A stretch of 64,000 nt of DNA from contig OZ024757.1 of assembly GCA_964016885.1 (NCBI GenBank), positions 10,230,001 through 10,294,000 of the forward strand, written 5' to 3'. This DNA comes from Eledone cirrhosa (Eukaryota). Below, in pieces: positions 24,801 to 38,000 of the stretch. The translations under genes and the position numbers were made by a program. Under the pieces are notes generated by a model. It did not search any database, had not been told where the DNA came from, and saw only the letters and a list, made by a program, of their open reading frames with translations. Position 1 is the first letter of the stretch; the number at the start of each line of letters is the position of its first letter.

Positions 24801-27800
24801 TTGGAGTTAAGTTAAGTTGGGGTTAATTCAAGTTGGGGTTGAGTTAATTTGGGGTTAAGTTAAGTTGGGGTTAAGTTAAGTTGGAGTTAAGTTAAGTTGG
24901 GGTTAAGTCAAGTTGGGGTTGAGTTAATTTGGGGTTGAATTAAGTTGGGGTTAGGTTAAGTTGGGGTTAAGTTAAGTTTGGTTTAAGTTAAGTTGGGGTT
25001 AAGTTAAGTTGGGGTTAAGTTACTTTGGGGTTAAGTTAAGTTGGGGTTGAGTTAAGTTGGGGTTGATTTAAGTTGGGGTTGAATTAAGTTGGGGTCGAGT
25101 TAAGTTGGGGTTGAGTTAAGTTGGGGTTAAGTTAAGTTGGGGTTAAGTTAAGTTGGAGTTAAGTTAAGTTGGGGTTAAGTTAAGTTGGGGTTAAGTTAAG
25201 TCGGAGTAAAGTTAAGTTGGGGTTAAGTTAAGTTGGGGGTAAGTTAAGTTGTGGTTAAGTTAAGTTGGGGTTAAGTTGGGGTTAAGTTAAGTTGGGGTTG
25301 AGTTAAGTTGGGGTTGAATTAAGTTGGGATTGAGTTAAGTTGGAGTTAAGTTAAGTTGGGGTTAAGTTAAGTTGGGGTTAAGTTAAGTTGGCGTTAAATT
25401 AAGTTGGGGTTAAGTTAAGTTGGGATTACGTTAAGTTGGGGATAAGTTAAGTTGGGGTCAAGTTAAGTTGGGGTTAAATCAAGTTGGGGTTAACTTAAGT
25501 TTGGATTAACTTAAGTTGGGTTAACTTAAGTTGGGATTAAGTTGGGGTTAACTTAAGTTGGGGTTAAGTTAAGTTGGCGTTGAGTTAAGTTGGGGTTGAG
25601 TTAAGTTGGGGTTGAGTTAAGTTGGGGTTGAGTTAAGTTGGGGTCGAGTTAAGTTGGGGTTGAGTTAAGTTGGGGTTAAGTTAAGTTGGGGTTAAGTTAA
25701 GTTGGGGTTAAGTTAAGTTGGGATTAGATTAAGTAGGAGTTAAGTTAAGTTGGGGTTAAGTTAAGTTGTGGTTAAGTTAAGTTGGGGTTAAGTTAAGTTG
25801 GGGTTAAGTTAAGTTGGGGTTAACTTAAGTTGGAGTTAAGTTAAGTTGGGGTTAAGTTAAATTTGGTTTAAGTTAAGTTGGGGTTAAGTTAAGTTGGGGT
25901 TAAGTTAAGTTGGGATTAGATTAAGTTGGGGTTAAGTTAAGTTGAGGTTGAGTTAAGTTGGGGTTAAGTTAAGTTGGCGTTAAGTTAAGTTGGGGTTAAG
26001 TTAAGTTGGGGTTAAGTTAAGTTGGGGTTAATTTAAGTTGGGGTTAAGTTAAGTTGGGGTTAATTTAAGTTGGGGTTAAGTTAAGTTGGGGTTAAGTTAA
26101 GTTGGAGTTAAGTTAAGTTGGGGTTAAGTCAAGTTGGGGTTGAGTTAATTTGGGGTTAAGTTAAGTTGGGGTTAAGTTAAGTTGGAGTTAAGTTAAGTTG
26201 GGGTTAAGTCAAGTTGGGGATGAGTTAATTTGGGGTTGAATTAAGTTGGGGTTAGGTTAAGTTGGGGTTAAGTTAAGTTTGGTTTAAGTTAAGTTGGGGT
26301 TAAGTTAAGTTGGGGTTAAGTTAAGTTGGGGTTAAGTTAAGTTGGGGTTGATTTAAGTTGGGGTTGATTTAAGTTGGGGTTGAATTAAGTTGGGGTCGAG
26401 TTAAGTTGGGGTTGAGTTAAGTTGGGGTTAAGTTAAGTTGGGGTTAAGTTAAGTTGGAGTTAAGTTAAGTTGGGGTTAAGTTAAGTTGGGGTTAAGTTAA
26501 GTCGGAGTAAAGTTAAGTTGGGGTTAAGTTAAGTTGGGGGTAAGTTAAGTTGTGGTTAAGTTAAGTTGGGGTTAATTTGGGGTTAAGTTAAGTTGGGGTT
26601 GAGTTAAGTTGGGGTTGAGTTAAGTTGGGGTTGATTTAAGTTGGGGTTGAGTTAAGTTGGGGTCGAGTTAAGTTGGGGTTGAGTTAAGTTGGGGTTAAGT
26701 TAAGTTGGGGTTAAGTTAAGTTGGGGTTAAGTTAAGTTTGGTTTAAGTTAAGTTGTGGTTAATTTAAGTTGGGGTTAAGTTAAGTTGGGGTTAAGTTAAG
26801 TTGGTGTTAAGGTAAGTTGGGGTTAAGTTAAGTTGGGGTTAAGTTAAGTTGGGGTTAAGTTAAGTTGGGGTTAACTTAAGTTGGGGTTAACTTAAGTTGG
26901 GGTTAAGTTGGGGTTAACTTAAGTTGGGGTTAAGTTGGGGTTAACTTAAGTTGGGGTTAAGTTAAGTTGGGGTTGAGTTAAGTTGGGGTTGATTTAACTT
27001 GGGGTTGAGTTAAGTTGGAGTCGAGTTAAGTTGGGGTTGAGTTAAGTTGGGGTTAAATTAAGTTGGGGTTAAGTTAAGTTGAAGTTAAGTTAAGTTGGGG
27101 TTAAGTTAAGTTGGGGTTAAGTTAAGTTGGCGTTAAATTAAATTGGGGTTAAGTTAAGTTGGGGTTACGTTAAGTTGGGGTTAAGTTAAGTTGGGGTTAA
27201 GTCAAGTTGGGGTTAAATCAAGTTGGGGTTAACTTAAGTTTGGATTAACTTAAGTTGGGTTAACTTAAGTTGGGGTTAAGTTGGGCTTAACTTAAGTTGG
27301 GGTTAAGTTAAGTTGGGGTTGAGTTAAGTTGGGGTTGAGTTAAGTTGGGGTTGAGTTAAGTTGGGGTTGAGTTAAGTTGGGGTCGAGTTAAGTTGGGGTT
27401 GCGTTAAGTTGGGGTTAAGTTAAGTTGGGGTTAAGTTAAGTTGGGGTTAAGTTAAGTTGGGGTTAAGTTAAGTTGGGATAAGGTTAAGTTGGGGTTAAGT
27501 TAAGTTGGGGTTAAGTTAAGTCGGAGTAAAGTTAAGTTGGGGTTAAGTTAAGTTGGGGGTAAGTTAAGTTGTGGTTAAGTTAAGTTGGGGTTAAGTTGGG
27601 GTTAAGTTAAGTTGGGGTTGAGTTAAGTTGGGGTTGAATTAAGTTGGGATTGAGTTAAGTTGGAGTTAAGTTAAGTTGGGGTTAAGTTAAGTTGGGGTTA
27701 AGTTAAGTTGGCGTTAAATTAAGTTGGGGTTAAGTTAAGTTGGGGTTACGTTAAGTTGGGGTTAAGTTAAGTTGGGGTTAAGTCAAGTTGGGGTTAAATC

Positions 27801-30070
27801 AAGTTGGGGTTAACTTAAGTTTGGATTAACTTAAGTTGGGTTAACTTAAGTTGGGATTAAGTTGGGGTTAACTTAAGTTGGGGTTAAGTTAAGTTGGGGT
27901 TGAGTTAAGTTGGGGTTGAGTTAAGTTGGGGTTGAGTTAAGTTGGGGTTAAGTTAAGTTGGGGTTAATTTAAGTTGGGGTTAAGTTAAGTTGGGATTAGA
28001 TTAGGTAGGAGTTAAGTTAAGTTGGGGTTAAGTTAAGTTGTGGTTAAGTTAAGTTGGGGTTAAGTTAAGTTGGGGTTAAGTTAAGTTGGGGTTAACTTAA
28101 GTTGGGGTTAAGTTAAGTTGAGGCTAAGTTAAGTTGGGGCTGAGTTAACTTGGGGTTAAGTTAAGTTGGGGTTAAGTTAAGTTGGGGTTAAGTTAAGTTG
28201 GGGTTAAGTTAAGTTGGGGTTAAGTTAAGTTGGGGTTAAGTTAAGTTGGGGTTAAGTTAAGTTGGAGTTAAGTTAAGTTGGGGTTAAGTCAAGTTGGGGT
28301 TGAGTTAATTTGGGGTTAAGTTAAGTTGGGGTTAAGTTAAGTTGGAGTTAAGTTAAGTTGGGGTTAAGTCAAGTTGGGGTTGAGTTAATTTGGGGTTGAA
28401 TTAAGTTGGGGTTAGGTTAAGTTGGGGTTAAGTTAAGTTTGGTTTAAGTTAAGTTGGGGTTAAGTTAAGTTGGGGTTAAGTTACTTTGGGGTTAAGTTAA
28501 GTTGGGGTTGAGTTAAGTTGGGGTTGATTTAAGTTGGGGTTGAATTAAGTTGGGGTCGAGTTAAGTTGGGGTTGAGTTAAGTTGGGGTTAAGTTAAGTTG
28601 GGGTTAAGTTAAGTTGGAGTTAAGTTAAGTTGGGGTTAAGTTAAGTTGGGGTTAAGTTAAGTCGGAGTAAAGTTAAGTTGGGGTTAAGTTAAGTTGGGGG
28701 TAAGTTAAGTTGTGGTTAAGTTAAGTTGGGGTTAAGTTGGGGTTAAGTTAAGTTGGGGTTGAGTTAAGTTGGGGTTGAATTAAGTTGGGATTGAGTTAAG
28801 TTGGAGTTAAGTTAAGTTGGGGTTAAGTTAAGTTGGGGTTAAGTTAAGTTGGCGTTAAATTAAGTTGGGGTTAAGTTAAGTTGGGGTTACGTTAAGTTGG
28901 GGATAAGTTAAGTTGGGGTTAAGTTAAGTTGGGGTTAAATCAAGTTGGGGTTAACTTAAGTTTGGATTAACTTAAGTTGGGTTAACTTAAGTTGGGATTA
29001 AGTTGGGGTTAACTTAAGTTGGGGTTAAGTTAAGTTGGCGTTGAGTTAAGTTGGGGTTGAGTTAAGTTGGGGTTGAGTTAAGTTGGGGTTGAGTTAAGTT
29101 GGGGTCGAGTTAAGTTGGGGTTGAGTTAAGTTGGGGTTAAGTTAAGTTGGGGTTAAGTTAAGTTGGGGTTAAGTTAAGTTGGGATTAGATTAAGTAGGAG
29201 TTAAGTTAAGTTGGGGTTAAGTTAAGTTGTGGTTAAGTTAAGTTGGGGTTAAGTTAAGTTGGGGTTAAGTTAAGTTGGGGTTAACTTAAGTTGGAGTTAA
29301 GTTAAGTTGGGGTTAAGTTAAATTTGGTTTAAGTTAAGTTGGGGTTAAGTTAAGTTGGGGTTAAGTTAAGTTGGGATTAGATTAAGTTGGGGTTAAGTTA
29401 AGTTGGGGTTGAGTTAAGTTGGGGTTAAGTTAAGTTGGCGTTAAGTTAAGTTGGGGTTAAGTTAAGTTGGGGTTAAGTTAAGTTGGGGTTAATTTAAGTT
29501 GGGGTTAAGTTAAGTTGGGGTTAATTTAAGTTGGGGTTAAGTTAAGTTGGGGTTAAGTTAAGTTGGAGTTAAGTTAAGTTGGGGTTAAGTCAAGTTGGGG
29601 TTGAGTTAATTTGGGGTTAAGTTAAGTTGGGGTTAAGTTAAGTTGGAGTTAAGTTAAGTTGGGGTTAAGTCAAGTTGGGGTTGAGTTAATTTGGGGTTGA
29701 ATTAAGTTGGGGTTAGGTTAAGTTGGGGTTAAGTTAAGTTTGGTTTAAGTTAAGTTGGGGTTAAGTTAAGTTGGGGTTAAGTTAAGTTGGGGTTAAGTTA
29801 AGTTGGGGTTGATTTAAGTTGGGGTTGATTTAAGTTGGGGTTGAATTAAGTTGGGGTCGAGTTAAGTTGGGGTTGAGTTAAGTTGGGGTTAAGTTAAGTT
29901 GGGGTTAAGTTAAGTTGGAGTTAAGTTAAGTTGGGGTTAAGTTAAGTTGGGGTTAAGTTAAGTCGGAGTAAAGTTAAGTTGGGGTTAAGTTAAGTTGGGG
30001 GTAAGTTAAGTTGTGGTTAAGTTAAGTTGGGGTTAATTTGGGGTTAAGTTAAGTTGGGGTTGAGTTAAGT
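12870..30070 (+). repeat. Higher-order repeat of ~3.44 kb (~215 monomers), five tandem copies
   Basis: Landmark GGGGTTGCGTT (TTGCG) at 13682, 17127, 20524, 23954, 27399 (spacings 3445, 3397, 3430, 3445). Landmark TTACTTTGGGG at 14748, 18193, 21591, 25020, 28481 (3445, 3398, 3429, 3461). Confidence 0.93.
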
Positions 30071-33000
30071 TGGGGTTGAATTAAGTTGGGATTGAGTTAA
30101 GTTGGAGTTAAGTTAAGTTGGGATTAAGTTAAGTTGGCGTTAAATTAAGTTGGGGTTGAGTTAAGTTGGGGTCGAGTTAAGTTGGGGCTGAGTTAACTTG
30201 GGGTTAAGTTAAGTTGGGGTTAAGTTAAGTTGGGGTTAAGTTAAGTTGGGATTAGATTAAGTAGGAGTTAAGTTAAGTTGGGGTTAAGTTAAGTTGTGGT
30301 TAAGTTAAGTTGGGGTTAATTTAAGTTGGGGTTAAGTTAAGTTGGGGTTAACTTAAGTTGGAGTTACGTTAAGTTGGGGTTAAGTTAAGTTGAGGCTAAG
30401 TTAAGTTGGGGCTGAGTTAACTTGGGGTTAAGTTAAGTTGGGGTTAAGTTAAGTTGGGGTTAAGGTAAGTTGGGGTTAAGTTAAGTTGGGGTTAAGTTAA
30501 GTTGGGGTTAAGTTAAGTTGGGGTTAACTTAAGTTGGGGTTAAGTTGGGGTTAACTTAAGTTGGGGTTAATTTAAGTTGGGGTTGAGTTAAGTTGGGGTT
30601 GATTTCAGTTTGGGTTGAGTTAAGTTGGGGTCGAGTTAAGTTGGGGTTGTGTTAAGTTGGGGTTAAGTTAAGTTGGGGTTAAGTTAAGTTGGGGTTGAGT
30701 TAAGTTGGGATCGAGGTAAGTTGGGGTTGAGTTAAGTTGGGGTTAAGTTAAGTTTGGTTTAAGTTAAGTTGGGGTTAAGTTAAGGTGGGATTAGGTTAAG
30801 TTGGGGTTAAGTTAAGTTGGGGTTAAGTTAAGTTGGGGTTAAGGTAAGTTGGGGTTAAGTTAAGTTGGGGTTAAGTTAAGTTGGGGTTAAGTTAAGTTGG
30901 GGTTAACTTAAGTTGGGGTTAAGTTGGGGTTAACTTAAGTTGGGGTTAAGTTGGGGTTAACTTAAGTTGGGGTTAAGTTAAGTTGGGGTTGAGTTAAGTT
31001 GGGGTTGATTTAAGTTGGGGTTGAGGTAAGTTGGAGTCGAGTTAAGTTGGGGTTGAGTTAAGTTGGGGTTAAGTTAAGTTGGGGTTAAGTTAAGTTGGGG
31101 TTAATTTAAGTCGGAGTTAAGTTAAGTTGGGGTTAAGTTAAGTTGGGGGTAAGTTAAGTTGTGGTTAAGTTAAGTTGGGGTTAAGTTGGGGTTAAGTTAA
31201 GTTGGGGTTAAGTTAAGTGGGGTTGAATTAATTTGGAGTTAAGTTAAGTTGGGGTTAATTTAAGTTGGGGTTAAGTTAAGTCGGGGTAAAGTTAAGTTGG
31301 GGTTAATTTAAGTTGGGGGTAAGTTAATTTGGGGTTAAGTTAAGTTGGGGTTTAGTTAATTTGGGGTTAAGTCAAGTTGGGGTTAAGTCAAGTTGGGGTT
31401 AAGTTAAGTTGGGGTTAAGTTAAGTCGGGGTTAAGTTAAGTTGGGGTTAAGTTAAGTCGGGGTTAAGTTAAGTTGGGGTTAAGTTAAGTTGGGGTAAGTT
31501 AAGTTGGGGTTAAGTTAAGTTGGGGTTTACTTAAGTTGGGGTTAAGTCAAGTTGGGGTTAAGTCAAGTTGGGGTTAAGTCAAGTTGGGGTTAAGTTAAGT
31601 TGGGGTTAAGTTAAGTTGGGGTTAAATTAAGTTGGGGTTAAGTTAAGTTGGGGTTAAGTTAAGTTGGCGTTAAGTTAAGTTGGGGTTAAGTTAACTTGGG
31701 GTTAAGTTAAGTTGGGGTTAAGTTAAGTTGGGGTTAAGTTAAGTTGGGATTAGGTTAAGTTGGGGTTAAATCAAGTTGGGGTTAACTTAAGTTTGGATTA
31801 ACTTAAGTTGGGTTAACTTAAGTTGGGGTTAAGTTGGGGTTAACTTAAGTTGGGGTTAAGTTAAGTTGGGGTTAAGTTAAGTTGGGGTTGAGTTAAGTTG
31901 GGGTTGAGTTAAGTTGGGGTTGAGTTAAGTTGGGGTTGATTTAAGTTGGGGTTGAGTTAAGTTGGGGTCGAGTTAAGTTGGGGTTAAGTTAAGTTGGGGT
32001 TAAGTTAAGTTGGGGTTAAGTTAAGTTTGGTTTAAGTTAAGTTGGGGTTAAGTTAAGTTGGGGTTAAGTTAAGTTGGGATTAGGTTAAGTTGGGGTTAAG
32101 TTAAGTTGGGGTTAAGTTAAGTTGTGGTTAATTTAAGTTGGGGTTAAGTTAAGTTGGGGTTAAGTTAAGTTGGTGTTAAGGTAAGTTGGGGTTAAGTTAA
32201 GTTGGGGTTAAGTTAAGTTGGGGTTAAGTTAAGTTGGGGTTAACTTAAGTTGGGGTTAACTTAAGTTGGGGTTAAGTTGGGGTTAACTTAAGTTGGGGTT
32301 AAGTTGGGGTTAACTTAAGTTGGGGTTAAGTTAAGTTGGGGTTGAGTTAAGTTGGGGTTGATTTAACTTGGGGTTGAGTTAAGTTGGAGTCGAGTTAAGT
32401 TGGGGTTGAGTTAAGTTGGGGTTAAATTAAGTTGGGGTTAAGTTAAGTTGAAGTTAAGTTAAGTTGGGGTTAAGTTAAGTTGGGGTTAAGTTAAGTTGGC
32501 GTTAAATTAAATTGGGGTTAAATTAAGTTGGGGTTACGTTAAGTTGGGGTTAAGTTAAGTTGGGGTTAAGTCAAGTTGGGGTTAAATCAAGTTGGGGTTA
32601 ACTTAAGTTTGGATTAACTTAAGTTGGGTTAACTTAAGTTGGGGTTAAGTTGGGCTTAACTTAAGTTGGGGTTAAGTTAAGTTGGGGTTGAGTTAAGTTG
32701 GGGTTGAGTTAAGTTGGGGTTGAGTTAAGTTGGGGTCGAGTTAAGTTGGGGTTGAGTTAAGTTGGGGTTAAGTTAAGTTGGGGTTAAGTTGGGGTTAAGT
32801 TAAGTTGGGATTAGGTTAAGTTGGGGTTAAGTTAAGTTGGGGTTAAGTTAAGTCGGAGTAAAGTTAAGTTGGGGTTAAGTTAAGTTGGGGGTAAGTTAAG
32901 TTGTGGTTAAGTTAAGTTGGGGTTAAGTTGGGGTTAAGTTAAGTTGGGGTTGAGTTAAGTTGGGGTTGAATTAAGTTGGGATTGAGTTAAGTTGGAGTTA

Positions 33001-35089
33001 AGTTAAGTTGGGGTTAAGTTAAGTTGGGGTTAAGTTAAGTTGGCGTTAAATTAAGTTGGGGTTAAGTTAAGTTGGGGTTACGTTAAGTTGGGGTTAAGTC
33101 AAGTTGGGGTTAAATCAAGTTGGGGTTAACTTAAGTTTGGATTAACTTAAGTTGGGTTAACTTAAGTTGGGATTAAGTTGGGGTTAACTTAAGTTGGGGT
33201 TAAGTTAAGTTGGGGTTGAGTTAAGTTGGGGTTGAGTTAAGTTGGGGTTGAGTTAAGTTGGGGTTAATTTAAGTTGGGGTTAAGTTAAGTTGGGGTTAAG
33301 TTAAGTTGGGATTAGATTAAGTAGGAGTTAAGTTAAGTTGGGGTTAAGTTAAGTTGTGGTTAAGTTAAGTTGGGGTTAAGTTAAGTTGGGGTTAAGTTAA
33401 GTTGGGGTTAACTTAAGTTGGGGTTAAGTTAAGTTGAGGCTAAGTTAAGTTGGGGCTGAGTTAACTTGGGGTTAAGTTAAGTTGGGGTTAAGTTAAGTTG
33501 GGGTTAAGGTAAGTTGGGGTTAAGTTAAGTTGGGGTTAAGTTAAGTTGGGGTTAACTTAAGTTGGGGTTAACTTAAGTTGGGGTTAAGTTGGGGTTAACT
33601 TAAGTTGGGGTTAATTTAAGTTGGGGTTGAGTTAAGTTGGGGTTGATTTCAGTTTGGGTTGAGTTAAGTTGGGGTTTTGTTAAGTTGGGGTTAAGTTAAG
33701 TTGGGGTTAAGTTAAGTTGGGGTTGAGTTAAGTTGGGGTTAAGTTAAGTTGGGGTTAAGTTAAATTGGGGTTAAGTTAAGTTGGGGTTGAGTTAAGTTAG
33801 GGTCGAGTTAAGTTGGGGTTGAGTTAATTTGGGGTTGAATTAAGTTGGGGTTAGGTTAAGTTGGGGTTAAGTTAAATTTGGTTTAAGTTAAGTTGGGGTT
33901 AAGTTAAGTTGGGGTTAAGTTAAGTTGGGATTAGATTAAGTTGGGGTTAAGTTAAGTTGGGGTTGAGTTAAGTTGGGGTTAAGTTAAGTTGGCGTTAAGT
34001 TAAGTTGGGGTTAAGTTAAGTTGGGGTTAAGTTAAGTTGGGGTTAAGTTAAGTTGGGGTTAAGTTAAGTTGGGGTTAAGTTAAGTTGGAGTTAAGTTAAG
34101 TTGGGGTTAAGTCAAGTTGGGGTTGAGTTAATTTGGGGTTAAGTTAAGTTGGCGTTAAGTTAAGTTGGAGTTAAGTTAAGTTGGGGTTAAGTCAAGTTGG
34201 GGTTGAGTTAATTTGGGGTTGAATTAAGTTGGGGTTAGGTTAAGTTGGGGTTAAGTTAAGTTTGGTTTAAGTTAAGTTGGGGTTAAGTTAAGTTGGGGTT
34301 AAGTTAATTTGAGGTTAAGTTAAGTTGGGGTTGAGTTAAGTTGGGGTTGATTTAAGTTGGGGTTGAATTAAGTTGGGGTCGAGTTAAGTTGGGGTTGAGT
34401 TAAGTTGGGGTTAAGTTAAGTTGGGGTTAAGTTAAGTTGGAGTTAAGTTAAATTGGGGTTAAGTTAAGTTGGGGTTAAGTTAAGTCGGAGTAAAGTTAAG
34501 TTGGGGTTAAGTTAAGTTGGGGGTAAGTTAAGTTGTGGTTAAGTTAAGTTGGGGTTAAGTTGGGGTTAAGTTAAGTTGGGGTTGAGTTAAGTTGGGGTTG
34601 AATTAAGTTGGGATTGAGTTAAGTTGGAGTTAAGTTAAGTTGGGGTTAAGTTAAGTTGGGGTTAAGTTAAGTTGGCGTTAAATTAAGTTGGGGTTAAGTT
34701 AAGTTGGGGTTACGTTAAGTTGGGGATAAGTTAAGTTGGGGTTAAGTCAAGTTGGGGTTAAATCAAGTTGGGGTTAACTTAAGTTTGAATTAACTTAAGT
34801 TGGGTTAACTTAAGTTGGGATTAAGTTGGGGTTAACTTAAGTTGGGGTTAAGTTAAGTTGGCGTTGAGTTAAGTTGGGGTTGAGTTAAGTTGGGGTTGAG
34901 TTAAGTTGGGGTTGAGTTAAGTTGGGGTCGAGTTAAGTTGGGGTTGATTTAAGTTGGGGTTAAGTTAAGTTGGGGTTAAGTTAAGTTGGGGTTAAGTTAA
35001 GTTGGGATTAGATTAAGTAGGAGTTAAGTTAAGTTGGGGTTAATTTAAGTTGTGGTTAAGTTAAGTTGGGGTTAAGTTAAGTTGGGGTT

Positions 35090-38000
35090 AAGTTAAGTAG
35101 GGGTTAAGTTAAGTTGGGGTTAAGTTGGGGTTAAGTTAAGTTGGGGTTAAGTTAAGTTGGGTTAAGTTAAGTTGGGGTTAATTAAGTTGGGGGTAAGTTA
35201 AGTTAGGGGTAAGTTAAGTTGGGGTTAATTTAAGTTGGGGTTAAGTTAAGTTGGGGATAAGTTAAGTTGGGGTTAACTTAAGTTGGGGTTAAGTTATGTT
35301 GGGGTTAAGGTAAGTTGGGGTTAAGTTAAGTTGGGGTTAAGTTAAGTTGGGGTTACGTTAAGTTGGGGTTAAGTTAAGTTGGGGTTAAGTTAAGTTGGGA
35401 TTAAGTCAAGTTGGGGTTAATCAAGTTGGGGTTAAGTCAAGTTGGGGTTAAGTCAAGTTTGGGTTAAGTTAAGTTGGGGTTAAGTTAAGTTGGGGTTAAG
35501 TTAATTTAGGGGTAATTTAAGTTGGGGTTAGGTTAAGTTGGGGTTAAGGTAAGTTGGGGTTAAGTTAAGTTGGGGTTAAGTTAAGTTGGGGGTAAGTTAA
35601 GTTAGGGGTAAGTCAAGTTGGGGTTAAATCAAGTTGGGTTTAAGTTAAGTTGGGGTTCAGTTAAGTTGGGGCTAAGTTAAGTTGGGGTTAAGTTGGGGTT
35701 AAGTTAAGTTGGGGTTAAGTTAAGTTGGGGTTAAGGTAAGTTGGGGTTAAGTTAAGTTGGGGTTAAGTTAAGTTGGGGGTAAGTTAAGTTAGGGGTAAGT
35801 CAAGTTGGGGTTAAATCAAGTTGGGTTTAAGTTAAGTTGGGGTTCAGTTAAGTTGGGGCTAAGTTAATTTGGGGTTAAGTTGGGGTTAAGTTAATTTGGG
35901 GTTACGTTAAGTTGGGGTTAAGTTAAGTTGGGGGTAAGTTAAGTTAGGGGTAATTTAAGTTGGGGTTAAGTTAAGTTGGGGTTAAGGTAAGTTGGGGTTA
36001 AGTTAAGTTGGGGTTAAGTTAAGTTGGGGGTAAGTTAAGTTAGGGGTAAGTTAAGTTGGGGTTAAGTTAAGTCGGGGTTAAGTTAAGTTGGGGATAAGTT
36101 AAGTTGGGGTTAATTTAAGTTGGGGTTAAGTTATGTTGGGGTTAAGGTAAGTTGGGGTTAAGTTAAGTTGGGGTTAAGTTAAGTTGGGGTTACCTTAAGT
36201 TGGGGTTAAGTTAAGTTGGGGTTAAGTTAAGTTGGGGTTAAGTTAAGTTGGGGTTAAGTTAAGTTAGGGGTAAGTCAAGTTGGGGTTAAATCAAGTTGGG
36301 TTTAAGTTAAGTTGGGGTTCAGTTAAGTTGGGGCTAAGTTAAGTTGGGGTTAAGTTGGGGTTAAGTTAATTTGGGGTTTAGTTAAGTTGGGGTTAAGTTA
36401 AGTTGGGGGTAAGTTAAGTTAGGGGTAATTTAAGTTGGGGTTAAGTTAAGTTGGGGTTAAGGTAAGTTGGGGTTAAGTTAAGTTGGGGTTAAGTTAAGTT
36501 GGGGGTAAGTTAAGTTAGGGGTAAGTTAAGTTGGGGTTAAGTTAAGTCGGGGTTAAGTTAAGTTGGGGATAAGTTAAGTTGGGGTTAATTTAAGTTGGCG
36601 TTAAGTTATGTTGGGGTTAAGGTAAGTTGGGGTTAAGTTAAGTTGGGGTTACGTTAAGTTGGGGTTACCTTAAGTTGGGGTTAAGTTAAGTTGGGGTTAA
36701 GTTAAGTTGGGATTAAGTCAAGTTGGGGTTAAGTCAAGTTGGGGTTAAGTCAAGTTGGGATTAAGTCAAGTTTGGGTTAAGTTAAGTTGGGGTTAAGTTA
36801 AGTTGGGGTTAATTTAAGTTGGGATTGAGTCAAGTTGGGGTTAAGTTAAGTTGGGGTTAAGTCAAGTTGGGGTTAAATCAAGTTGGGTTTAAGTTAAGTT
36901 GGGGTTCAGTTAAGTTGGGGCTAAGTTAAGTTGCGGTTAAGTTGGGGTTAAGTTAAGTTGGGGTTAAGTTAAGTTGGGGTTAAGTTAAGTTGGGGGTAAG
37001 TTAAGTTAGGGGTAATTTAAGTTGGGGTTAAGTTAAGTTGGGGTTAAGGTAAGTTGGGGTTAAGTTAAGTTGGGGTTAAGTTAAGTTGGGGTTAAGTTAA
37101 GTTGGGTTTAAGTTAAGTTGGGATTAAGTCAAGTTGGGGTTAAGTCAAGTTGGGGTTAAGTCAAGTTGGGGTTAATTCAAGTTGGGGTTAACTCAAGTTG
37201 GGATTAAGTCAAGTTGGGGTTAAGTCAAGTTGGGGTTAAGTTAAGTTGGGGTTAAGTTAAGTTGGGGTTAAGTTAAGTTGGGTTTAAGTTAAGTTGGGGT
37301 TAAGTTAAGTAGGGGTTAAGTTAAGTTGGGGTTAAGTTGGGGTTAAGTTAAGTTGGGGTTAAGTTAAGTTGGGTTAAGTTAAGTTGGGGTTAATTAAGTT
37401 GGGGGTAAGTTAAGTTAGGGGTAAGTTAAGTTGGGGTTAATTTAAGTTGGGGTTAAGTTAAGTTGGGGTTAAGTTAAGTTGGGGTTAATTTAAGTTGGGG
37501 TTAAGTTAAGTTGGGGTTAAGGTAAGTTGGGGTTAAGTTAAGTTGGGGTTAAGTTAAGTTGGGGTTACGTTAAGTTGGGGTTAAGTTAAGTTGGGGTTAA
37601 GTTAAGTTGGGATTAAGTCAAGTTGGTGTTAAGTCAAGTTGGGGTTAAGTCAAGTTGGGGTTAAGTCAAGTTGGGGTTAAGTCAAGTTTGGGTTAAGTTA
37701 AGTTGGGGTTAAGTTAAGTTGGGGTTAAGTTAAGTGGGGGTTAAGTTAACTTGGGGTTAAGTTAAGTTGGGGCTAATTTAAGTTGGTGTTAATTTAAGTT
37801 GGGGTTAATTTAAGTTGGGGTTAAGTTAAGTTGGGGTTAAATTAAGCTGGGGTTAACTTAAGTAGGGGTTAAGTTAAGTTGGGTTAAGTTGGGATTAACT
37901 TAAGTTTGGGTTAAGTTAAGTTGGGGTTAAGTTAAGTTCGGATTGAGTCAAGTGTGGGGTTAAGTCAAGTTGGGGTTAAGTTAAGTCGGGGTTAAGTTAA

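Larger units (their letters stand above)
1..35089 (+). repeat. Sub-family A domain 1 of the 16-bp satellite
   Basis: Diagnostic variants TTGAGTTAAG, GGGGTCGAG, TCGGAGTAAAG, GGCGTTAAAT, TTTGGATTAAC, GGGATTAGATTA(A/G)GTAGGAG and GAGGCTAAG recur throughout. Confidence 0.9.
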
